From an uncultured Blautia sp. (GTDB lineage Bacteria; Bacillota; Clostridia; Lachnospirales; Lachnospiraceae): 58,523 nucleotides of DNA. Below the pieces are notes generated by a model that saw only the letters and a list, made by a program, of their open reading frames with translations, did no database searches and had not been told where the DNA came from. A program made the translations under genes and the position numbers. The stretch is taken from positions 1 to 58,523 of the forward strand of contig CAMNNM010000001.1 of the NCBI GenBank assembly GCA_946545425.1, written 5' to 3'. Of this stretch, positions 20,317 through 28,384 are shown one piece after another (the first letter of the stretch is position 1; every line of letters starts with the position of its first letter).

Positions 20317-21570
20317 TCAGATCAGATCCGAGTAATCCAGGATCGTCACATTTGTGATATCATCTCTCACCACGTCCGGCTCGTCGCCTTCTTCCCTGGC
20401 GATGCTGCTCAGTTCCTCTGCCGTGTAGGAAGGGATGGCCCGCTTTACCGGCTGCGGTTTTTCCTCATCCCCGCCGTCCGCATCGGCCTCTTCGCCGTCC
20501 TCGTCTCCGAACACTTCCTCTTCGTCTCCGGCCGGTTCCCCGTTCTCGTCATCGGAAGGCTCCGTATCCGAAAGATCCTCACTGCTGTCAAAATCCTCCG
20601 GCGTCATGTCGGAGTCTCCGGCTTCCTCCGGGAACTCTTCCGTTTCATCCAGAGAAGAGGTCTCTTCTGCAGCTTCTTCTGCAGCTTCTTCTACCGCATT
20701 TTTGACGTTTTTCCTACCGGTTCGTCTTTTTTTTTTAATCTCGTCCAGCGTCTCGTCGGCGGTTGCCGCTGCTGCAACTTCCTGCTTCAGCAGTTCATGT
20801 GCCTCTCTTTCCGGAGAGACGTCCGGTATTTCACTAAAATCCTCGTCTTCATAGTCGTCATCGTCGTCATCTTCTTCGATCTCGTCTACGAAACCGCCGG
20901 TATGGACGGTTTTAACGGGAGCTTTCTTCTGTTTTCTGCCCCGTTTTTCCTCTCTGCGGATCTCGTCCTCTTCCTCACGGAATTTCTTTTCGCGGATCTT
21001 TTCCTCTTTTCTGAGTTCCTTCTCGGATTTCACATAGCCGCGCTCTGTATCGCGTTCCGTATCGTCGTCGTAGGAGTCATCCTTTTTCCACAGCTCGGAA
21101 ATGATGAAAAGAATGATAAGGAACAGGACCACAAGACCGATGATGATCAGGCCTTCCACGGACTTGACCGCAACCTGAAGGTATCCGATATACGGAATCG
21201 TGGAGAGAAACTTCTGCGGGAATACCTTCGGAACATATTCCTTGTTGGTGAAGGACACCGTAAGGTATTTGTCTTCTGTGGTGCTGGGATCCGTTACCGT
21301 CGCGGTGCCGGATTCCGGAGAAATGTTATACAGCTGATATTTATATGTGGCGTCCTCGTCGTTTACAAGGATCAGATCGCCCGACACAGCCTCGGTCACC
21401 TTTGCCGGGTAAGCATAGGTAACGCTTCCAACGGGAAGATTCGTCGTCTGATCTGCGCTCTCCACAACAAAGGTGGTCACGCCAAAGAATGAAGGCAGCG
21501 TCAGCGCCAGCGAGCAGATGATCGCCACGATAATTACAAAATGAATGATAAACTTCAGGAATCTGGACAT
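20317..21570 (-). CDS. membrane protein: degenerate SipW/S26 signal-peptidase-like domain plus long acidic tail
   Basis: TM-LPSFFGVTTFVV..LPVGS..GDLI..IPYIGY-TM layout; catalytic motifs missing. Confidence 0.6.
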   Translation of the reverse strand: MSRFLKFIIHFVIIVAIICSLALTLPSFFGVTTFVVESADQTTNLPVGSVTYAYPAKVTEAVSGDLILVNDEDATYKYQLYNISPESGTATVTDPSTTEDKYLTVSFTNKEYVPKVFPQKFLSTIPYIGYLQVAVKSVEGLIIIGLVVLFLIILFIISELWKKDDSYDDDTERDTERGYVKSEKELRKEEKIREKKFREEEDEIRREEKRGRKQKKAPVKTVHTGGFVDEIEEDDDDDDYEDEDFSEIPDVSPEREAHELLKQEVAAAATADETLDEIKKKRRTGRKNVKNAVEEAAEEAAEETSSLDETEEFPEEAGDSDMTPEDFDSSEDLSDTEPSDDENGEPAGDEEEVFGDEDGEEADADGGDEEKPQPVKRAIPSYTAEELSSIAREEGDEPDVVRDDITNVTILDYSDLI

Positions 21571-21683
21571 TTGAAGTTCCCCCCTTGCATGATTTTTGGT
21601 TTCTCTGGGATTTCGTATCCCGGCCGGTCCAGTCTGCGGAGCCCTGGCGAAAAGAGGTCTTCCCTTTCACCTGCTCCGGAACC

Positions 21684-21938
21684 TCATTGTCTGCTAAGAT
21701 ACTTTTCGATGCTGTTCATGGCGACTTCTTCGTCTTCCCCGTTCGCCGAAAGAAGAATCTCTTCGCCGGCATCAAGCCCCAGCGTCATCATACCCATGAT
21801 GCTTTTTGCATTCACCTTCTTCCGTCCTATTTCAACGTAAATCTCGCTGTTGAACTGGCTGGCGACCTGAACCAGCTGTGCCACAGGTCTGGCTTCCAGT
21901 CCGGTCGACAAGTTGATGGTGATGGGTTTTTTGATCAT
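21684..21938 (-). CDS. HPr-family Crh-like protein (His15 replaced by Glu)
   Basis: GLEARP in place of GLHARP; NAKSIMG with Ser46 intact; follows whiA. Confidence 0.9.
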   Translation of the reverse strand: MIKKPITINLSTGLEARPVAQLVQVASQFNSEIYVEIGRKKVNAKSIMGMMTLGLDAGEEILLSANGEDEEVAMNSIEKYLSRQ

Positions 21939-21939
21939 G

Positions 21940-22896
21940 TTACTGCTCCTCCTCTTTTTCCCGCAGCTCATCAGCAAGCTCGCCCAGTCTTCTCAGCCTG
22001 TGATTCACTCCTGATTTTCCGACCTGCGGGTCCAGCATGCATCCTAGTTCCTTCAGTGTTGCATCCGGATATTGCAGCCGCAGCCTGGCGACTTGTGTCA
22101 GACCTTCGCTCAGACTGTCAAGTCCCTTCAGCTTCTCGATCAGTCTGATGTCGTCAATCTGTTTAACCGCTGCACTTACCGTTTTATTGATGTTTGCCGC
22201 TTCGCAGTTGACCTTCCGGTTGACCGAATTCCGCATTTCCTTCAGTATCCGTATGTTTTCCAGATCGAACAGGGCCGTGTCCGCCCCCATCAGTCCCAGA
22301 AGATCCACGATCTGCGAACCTTCCTTTACATACAGTACAAAAGTCTTTTTGCGCAGCACAATGCGGGCATCGATACCGAAGGATCGTATCATCGCCTGAA
22401 CGCCCTGTGCCCGAACTTCATCCGGAAAGACGATTTCAAAATGATATCCCTTTTCAGGGTCGCTGATCGACCCTGACGCAAGAAAAGCCCCTCGTATATA
22501 AGCTCTTCTGCAGCAGTCCCTCTGTGTGATCAGAGAACTTCTGTCAAACCCGACCGGACCCGCAGGGAGTTCATATGCCACTTTTACGGCTTCCAGGACC
22601 CGGATCGTCTCTTCCGGTCCGGGGATACGGCCGGTATATGCCTTTCCCCGCCTGGTATATATGTCTCTCTCATCCAAAACTACCGCTTTTATATTAAATG
22701 TTTTTTTTAATAAAGTAAAGCATTTTCTTAAAATCGCTTCATTCTCTGTCCGGATCAGAAGCTCGGAATCGCCGTTTTGATCCTGTTCAAGAGATCCGCA
22801 GGCACAGATAAGCGCACTCAGTTCCGCCAGGCAGCAATGCCTGGCCCTTTCCGTATATCCGGAGAGCTCCTTTTTCACCATCCCTGAAAAAGACAT
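21940..22896 (-). CDS. whiA: DNA-binding protein WhiA
   Basis: RGAFLASGSISDPEKGYHFEI, NRKVNCEAANINKT, GKSGVNHRLR. Confidence 0.95.
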   Translation of the reverse strand: MSFSGMVKKELSGYTERARHCCLAELSALICACGSLEQDQNGDSELLIRTENEAILRKCFTLLKKTFNIKAVVLDERDIYTRRGKAYTGRIPGPEETIRVLEAVKVAYELPAGPVGFDRSSLITQRDCCRRAYIRGAFLASGSISDPEKGYHFEIVFPDEVRAQGVQAMIRSFGIDARIVLRKKTFVLYVKEGSQIVDLLGLMGADTALFDLENIRILKEMRNSVNRKVNCEAANINKTVSAAVKQIDDIRLIEKLKGLDSLSEGLTQVARLRLQYPDATLKELGCMLDPQVGKSGVNHRLRRLGELADELREKEEEQ

Positions 22897-22911
22897 GCGT
22901 CTCCCCCTCTC

Positions 22912-23799
22912 TCAGCTGTTTACCGGAGCTGCCGTTCTTGCCTTGTCAAAATCTCTGTGCTCGAGACGGATGCTGTACTCCTTCTTGTTCGCAAGTCTGT
23001 CGTACAGTTCCCGGGCAACCGCCACCGAACGATGTCTGCCTCCCGTACACCCGATGGCGATCACAAGGCTTGTTTTCCCTTCCTTTACATATTTGGGTAT
23101 CAGAAAGGCGACCATCTTTTCCAGCATGTCCATAAAGGTTGCGGCATCGGCGTCCTGCATCACATACCGGTAAACGTCGTCGTCCATTCCGGACTGTGCT
23201 CTTAAGTTTTCCACATAGAACGGATTCGGCAGAAATCTGACGTCAAAGACAAGATCTGCGTCCGCCGGAATACCATATTTAAAGCCGAAGGAAAGCAGCG
23301 TGATCACAAGGTTTCCAAACGCCAGGTCCTTCACAAAAATGCGTTCCAGTTCCTGATGAAGCTCCCTCGTCAGAAGATGTGTCGTGTCTATAATATAATC
23401 CGCCTTCTCACGAAGAAATTCCATTTTTTCCCGCTCCAGCGTGATCCCTTCGTCCACTCTAGCGCCCCTGGCCAGCGGGTGGGTGCGCCTTGTCTCTTTA
23501 TAACGCTTGACAAGAGAAGCGTCGGACGCGTCCAGAAACAGGATTTCAGGAACGCAGCCGTACTCTTCCATCCTCTTCAGTACCAGCTTCAGCTCTTCCA
23601 GATACGATCCGCCTCTCGCATCGATCCCGATGGCAGCGTTCTGGACTTCATTTTCACGATTATCCAGCATTAATGCGGCAAATTTTTCAAGAAGCGGCAC
23701 CGGAAGGTTGTCCACACAGAAATAATGCATATCCTCCAGCATTCTGAGGGCCGTGGATTTTCCCGCACCGCTCATCCCCGTTACAATGACAAAACGCAT
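22912..23799 (-). CDS. rapZ: RapZ/YvcJ nucleotide-binding protein
   Basis: TGMSGAGKS, SFGFKYG, DVRFLPNP, IGCTGGRHRSV. Confidence 0.95.
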   Translation of the reverse strand: MRFVIVTGMSGAGKSTALRMLEDMHYFCVDNLPVPLLEKFAALMLDNRENEVQNAAIGIDARGGSYLEELKLVLKRMEEYGCVPEILFLDASDASLVKRYKETRRTHPLARGARVDEGITLEREKMEFLREKADYIIDTTHLLTRELHQELERIFVKDLAFGNLVITLLSFGFKYGIPADADLVFDVRFLPNPFYVENLRAQSGMDDDVYRYVMQDADAATFMDMLEKMVAFLIPKYVKEGKTSLVIAIGCTGGRHRSVAVARELYDRLANKKEYSIRLEHRDFDKARTAAPVNS

Positions 23800-23829
23800 C
23801 GCCAAGCTGCTCCTTTCGGTTTTCGTGTC

Positions 23830-24741
23830 TTAAAAGTCACCGAGAAACCGGACTTCCGGTTCCAGTCTTACCCCAAACCGGCTGAAGACGCCGTCAGTGA
23901 CTTCCTGCATAAGTTTCTTTACATCCGCGGCAGTCGCATGCCCCTTGTTGATTATGAAACCGCAGTGTTTTTCCGAGACGCAGGCGTCCCCCACACAATA
24001 CCCTCTGAATCCCGCGTCCATAATCAGTTTTCCGGCAAAATAACCCTCCGGCCTTTTGAAGGTGCTGCCTGCGCTGGGATACTCAAGGGGCTGTTTTTCG
24101 ATCCGCCGCCTTGCCAGATCCTGCATGGTCATGCGGATCGCATCCGTTTCCCCTTTTTCGAGCCGGAATACAGCGCGGACCACAGTATAGCCCTTTTCTC
24201 TGATCACGCTCGTCCTGTACGCGAGACCAAGATCAGACGCCGCGACCGTACGGATCTGCCCCCGGTCCGTAAGAACGACCGCCTCCTCCAGAACATTCTT
24301 TATCTCTCCGCCGTAGGCGCCGGCGTTCATGACTACGGCTCCGCCCACGGTTCCCGGGATACCGGATGCAAATTCCAGTCCTGTAAGCGATGCATCCCTC
24401 GCAGCTGCGGAAACACTGGCCAGAGACGCGCCGGCCTCGGCCGTGATGCGCTGCCCCTCAGTCTTCAGAGCACTCATGTTCCGGTAGATCTGTATTACGA
24501 CGCCCCGGAATCCGCTGTCGCTCACCAGCAGGTTGCTGCCGTTTCCAAGAATAAAAAAGGGAACGCCCTCTTCCCGGCAGATGCCAAGGATTACGGCTGC
24601 CTGATCCGCATTCTCCGGTACCGCAAACACATCCGCCGGTCCTCCGATCCGGAAGGTCGTGTGCGCGGCCATCGGCTCGTTCAGCTTTATGACCTGTTCC
24701 CCGGCTTCCGCCCGCAGTCTTTCGATCACTCTGTTTTCCAA
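23830..24741 (-). CDS. murB: UDP-N-acetylenolpyruvoylglucosamine reductase
   Basis: HTTFRIGGPA, GNGSNLLVSD, GIPGTVGG..MNAGAYG, SAGSTFKRP. Confidence 0.96.
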   Translation of the reverse strand: MENRVIERLRAEAGEQVIKLNEPMAAHTTFRIGGPADVFAVPENADQAAVILGICREEGVPFFILGNGSNLLVSDSGFRGVVIQIYRNMSALKTEGQRITAEAGASLASVSAAARDASLTGLEFASGIPGTVGGAVVMNAGAYGGEIKNVLEEAVVLTDRGQIRTVAASDLGLAYRTSVIREKGYTVVRAVFRLEKGETDAIRMTMQDLARRRIEKQPLEYPSAGSTFKRPEGYFAGKLIMDAGFRGYCVGDACVSEKHCGFIINKGHATAADVKKLMQEVTDGVFSRFGVRLEPEVRFLGDF

Positions 24742-24753
24742 TCTGCATTCTCC

Positions 24754-25470
24754 TTATACTGTTCTTCCGGCAAGAACCGACTGCACTGCTTCCTCAGCAG
24801 CCAGATATCCCATGATTCCTGCGATCCCGGTATCGTTTACCGTCTGTTTTTCCGTACGGCTTTCCTCCGGAGTTCCGCTTTTTCTGCCGGAAGTCCTGTT
24901 TTTTCGCAAATAAAGCACCCGGGTATTCCGAAGTGCAAATCTTTTCGAACTGTTTTCCAGATCTTTTATCAGAAACCCCAGACCGGATCTTAGTATTCCG
25001 TCAACACAGATCTCTCCCGGCCCGGCCAGGCTGTTTACCAGCGACACTACCGGAACCTGTTCTCTGGAAGCTCTCTGAAACAGTTCCTTCTTTTCCGCAG
25101 CCGTTCCCAGTGCGTCCACAACGCAGCTGAAGCTTCCAAGATCGAACAGATGCGCGGTTTCGGCGGAATATCCGATCTCGTAGGTATTGATCAGAAGCGA
25201 GTCGTCGATTCCGCCAAGAAACCGTTTTCCGGCTTCCACCATTGTAAGTCCCTTCGTCGTACGAAACGCAAAGGGATGTCTGTACACATCGTCATCCGTA
25301 AGACGTCCTGCATCGGCCAGGGTCAGGCCGCCCACGCCGCGCCGGCAAAGAGCCTCTGCAGCAGACGCTCCGGCGATGCCCAGGCCCAGAACGGCGATCC
25401 TGGCTTTTCCAAGTATCTCTGCCTCTTTTTTATCTGTCAGAAGAGCTCTGTATTTCACACCGGTACGCAT
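24754..25470 (-). CDS. ThiF/TcdA-like E1 family protein (divergent)
   Basis: GLGIAG Rossmann motif, EAL.R.GVG.LTL.D, VVDALGT. Confidence 0.7.
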   Translation of the reverse strand: MRTGVKYRALLTDKKEAEILGKARIAVLGLGIAGASAAEALCRRGVGGLTLADAGRLTDDDVYRHPFAFRTTKGLTMVEAGKRFLGGIDDSLLINTYEIGYSAETAHLFDLGSFSCVVDALGTAAEKKELFQRASREQVPVVSLVNSLAGPGEICVDGILRSGLGFLIKDLENSSKRFALRNTRVLYLRKNRTSGRKSGTPEESRTEKQTVNDTGIAGIMGYLAAEEAVQSVLAGRTV

Positions 25471-25490
25471 GGTCCGTCCTCCCGAAATCG

Positions 25491-26882
25491 TTACCAGTCT
25501 TCTTCCTCATTGTAGGTCACGTCCTCCTCCCAGTTTTCTTCTTCGGTGTACGTGTCCTCCTCATAATATTCATCTTCAGCAGCGTCGTCTTCTTCGTAAT
25601 ATTCTTCTTCGTATCCGTCGTCCGTGTATTCGTCGTATCCCGCGTCTTCCCACTCCGACAGATCCGTACTCTCTTCCGCGTTTTCGCTGATCGACGCCCC
25701 GCCGCCCGTCTTTCCGGTAACTCCGGTCTCCTGGCAGAGGAAATTGTAGATTCCCTTCATCTCGTCGGTGATCCGGACCTCGTAAACCTTCTGAAGATCC
25801 AGAGCCGCCTCGTTCAGATCTCCCTGCATATAGGAAATATAAGACAGCAGCAGATAGCGGAACGTATCGTTCTGTTCGCTGAGAACCTTGTTCAGCTCCT
25901 CGGTCTGCTCCACTTCACTTCCTGAGGCCTCCGCCGCATTCTGCGCTTTGGAAAGCTCAGCTCCCTGGCTTGCCATGGATTCGCTGTACTTTACGATCTG
26001 ATCGTTTGCCTGACGGTATATTCCCTGACGGATGGCCGGCATTACAAGAAGCCAGAAGCCCAGTGCGCCTGCCGCGATGCCCCCCATGAATCCAAGAAAA
26101 AGGGGGATCCCCGACCTGCTCCGGTAAGCCGTCTGCGGAATCACGAGTCTGGTTTCTCCGCGGTCGTCCAGAAGGTCGACCGCATCCGTTTCCGTTTTCT
26201 TTCCGGAAGAGCGGGTCAAAGCGCCAAAAAGCCCCTTTTTCTGTTCCAGCTGCGTGGAAACGCCGGTCTGTTCGTCAACCTCTTTCAGAAAACGGAGCGT
26301 CGTGGTGTTTGTCTTGTCGATCTTTGCCGCCCTTTTCAGGACTCTCCTGGCTTTTCCCCATTCATGATCCTTCATCTGGATCAGCGCCAGCAGGTGATAT
26401 CCCTTGATCAGCTTGGGGTTCTGCGCCAGTATCTTGCGAAGGCGCAGAGCAGCCATGTCGTCATGCCCCTCTCTGCAGAGTGAAAGGGCCTGATTATACT
26501 TACGGATCGTTTCATTGATGGCTTCCAGCCGGTTCGGATTTGCCTGGAGACGTTCAATGTAATCCGAGGCTATATTCTTTTTGGGCTGCAGGTTTTTGCT
26601 GATGACCCACTCACTGAGCGCCGCCACGACTTCGCCGGTCTCAAAATAGACCAAGCCCAGAAGATTCCTGGCGCTGATATTGTTCTTGTTGAAGGTAAGA
26701 CTCTGCTTCAGACAGGAAATGGCGCCTGACAGATCGCGGATGCTGGCTTTTTCAAGCCCCTGATTATAGTAATACTTTGAAAGGTATTCCACCTTTCTCT
26801 GTACCTTGATATTGAAACCGCAGTGCGGGCAGAATTCCTGGTCGTCATCTCTTAAAGATGATCCGCAGTTTATACAATTCAT
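25491..26882 (-). CDS. zinc-ribbon plus TPR membrane protein with acidic C-terminus
   Basis: CxxC...CxxC N-terminus, TPR-like repeats (ARNLLGLVYFETG), one TM helix, E/D/Y-rich tail. Confidence 0.8.
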   Translation of the reverse strand: MNCINCGSSLRDDDQEFCPHCGFNIKVQRKVEYLSKYYYNQGLEKASIRDLSGAISCLKQSLTFNKNNISARNLLGLVYFETGEVVAALSEWVISKNLQPKKNIASDYIERLQANPNRLEAINETIRKYNQALSLCREGHDDMAALRLRKILAQNPKLIKGYHLLALIQMKDHEWGKARRVLKRAAKIDKTNTTTLRFLKEVDEQTGVSTQLEQKKGLFGALTRSSGKKTETDAVDLLDDRGETRLVIPQTAYRSRSGIPLFLGFMGGIAAGALGFWLLVMPAIRQGIYRQANDQIVKYSESMASQGAELSKAQNAAEASGSEVEQTEELNKVLSEQNDTFRYLLLSYISYMQGDLNEAALDLQKVYEVRITDEMKGIYNFLCQETGVTGKTGGGASISENAEESTDLSEWEDAGYDEYTDDGYEEEYYEEDDAAEDEYYEEDTYTEEENWEEDVTYNEEEDW

Positions 26883-26910
26883 AGGAAGCTCCTTTTTCGG
26901 AGAAATTCTG

Positions 26911-27066
26911 TTATCTCATGCGCCTCGGAGTCTCTTTCGACTCTTTGAGCATATCCCGCAGGATATCAAGAAGATCGCTCAGCTCACGGGCGTAGATCGC
27001 ACCTTCCGCGTCCGTCACATCCAGACACGGTTCGAACTTCTTCAGTTCTTCCTCATAATCGATCAT
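26911..27066 (-). CDS. small hypothetical protein (51 aa); absent from ORF track
   Basis: MIDYEEELKKFEPCLDVTDAEGAIYARELSDLLDILRDMLKESKETPRRMR; G-rich SD, overlaps the folC end and fills the gap to the TPR gene. Confidence 0.75.
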   Translation of the reverse strand: MIDYEEELKKFEPCLDVTDAEGAIYARELSDLLDILRDMLKESKETPRRMR

Positions 27067-28384
27067 CTGACTTTCCCCCATTCAAAGCCTTTATCATGCC
27101 CACAAGATACAGAGACCCGACGCAGAACAGAATCCCGTCCTCTCCCTTTTTCCGGAAGGCGTGCCTCAGCGCGGCTTCCGGATCCGGTTCTGCAACGGTA
27201 TCCGCCGCGCCGCCCTGCCGGAACAATTCCGCCAGAGTCTGTGCCGGCGCCTGCCGCGGTCCGCCGACCTGTGTCGTCACAATGCTCCGGAACAGGCCCG
27301 TCTTTGTTATCTCTGATATCATATTTTTATAGTTCTTGTCGCTGACCGAAGAATAAAGCAGAGTCAGCGGGGCCTTCCCGGAATATCGCTGTGCCGTTTC
27401 CAGAAAGCGCCGGATCCCGTCCTCGTTATGAGCCCCGTCCACAATTACCCCGGGCAGGATCTGTTCCATCCGCCCCGGCCAGCACGCAGACCGCAGTCCG
27501 TCAGACAGGGCCTTCTCCGGGATCATGCCCGGATACCGGCTGTTCAGTTCCTCTGCAGAGGCGATGCACAGAGCCGCATTCATAACCTGGTAATCGGCGA
27601 TGAAAGGGATCGTATACGTTTTATCCTGGCACGCCCTGCCGTACCGGAAGACAATGCCTTCCGGCAGATACCGGAGGATCCTGGTTTCGCTGCGCTTCAC
27701 GATCCGGAAGGGAGCTCCCGTCTCGCGTGCTTTTTCCCGCAGTACCAGAAGAGCCTCCCCGTCGTTTCCGTCCAATACGCAGGGAACTCCCTTCACCAGG
27801 ATTCCTGCCTTTTCTCCCGCGATCTCACGGATGGTGTTTCCCAGGTACTGAACATGGTCGATGCTGACGGACGTGATGACACAGAGGATCGGATTCTCCG
27901 CCGCCGTCGTGGCGTCCAGTCTTCCGCCGAGGCCGGTCTCAAGGATCGCAAAAGAGACCCCTGCATCCCGGAAGATCACCATGCTCATCAGAAATAAAAG
28001 CTCAAAGTATGTCGGATGCGCGAGTCCTTCCTTTCCGGCCCGGTCAACCATTTCCATCACCTGACGGAAAGCCCGCAGGAACTCCTCATCCCGTATCATC
28101 ACGCCGTTGACAACGAATCTCTCGTTGATCCTGACTAGATGGGGCGAGGTAAAAAGGCCGCAGGAATGTCCCGCGCATCGCAGCACGGAATCCAGAAACG
28201 CGCAGGTACTTCCCTTTCCGTTGGTTCCGGCCACATGGATGATCCGGAAGCATTTCTCCGGATTTCCGAGAAGCGCAAGGCATCTTCTCGTGTGTTCAAG
28301 ACTGTTCTTGCTGGTAAATTTCGGTGTGCTCTCGATATAAGACACCGCTTCTTCGTAACTTATGTTCCGCTCTTTAATTTCCAT
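27053..28384 (-). CDS. folC: folylpolyglutamate synthase/dihydrofolate synthase
   Basis: HVAGTNGKGS, FTSPHL, ETGLGGRLDAT, WPGRME, DGAHN. Confidence 0.95.
   Translation of the reverse strand: MEIKERNISYEEAVSYIESTPKFTSKNSLEHTRRCLALLGNPEKCFRIIHVAGTNGKGSTCAFLDSVLRCAGHSCGLFTSPHLVRINERFVVNGVMIRDEEFLRAFRQVMEMVDRAGKEGLAHPTYFELLFLMSMVIFRDAGVSFAILETGLGGRLDATTAAENPILCVITSVSIDHVQYLGNTIREIAGEKAGILVKGVPCVLDGNDGEALLVLREKARETGAPFRIVKRSETRILRYLPEGIVFRYGRACQDKTYTIPFIADYQVMNAALCIASAEELNSRYPGMIPEKALSDGLRSACWPGRMEQILPGVIVDGAHNEDGIRRFLETAQRYSGKAPLTLLYSSVSDKNYKNMISEITKTGLFRSIVTTQVGGPRQAPAQTLAELFRQGGAADTVAEPDPEAALRHAFRKKGEDGILFCVGSLYLVGMIKALNGGKSDDRL

Noticed and set aside
23725-24993. 422-aa + strand ORF (likewise 56538-58013 and 43348-44367)
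   Set aside because: Antisense to murB, selB and the methyltransferase; no independent coding evidence.
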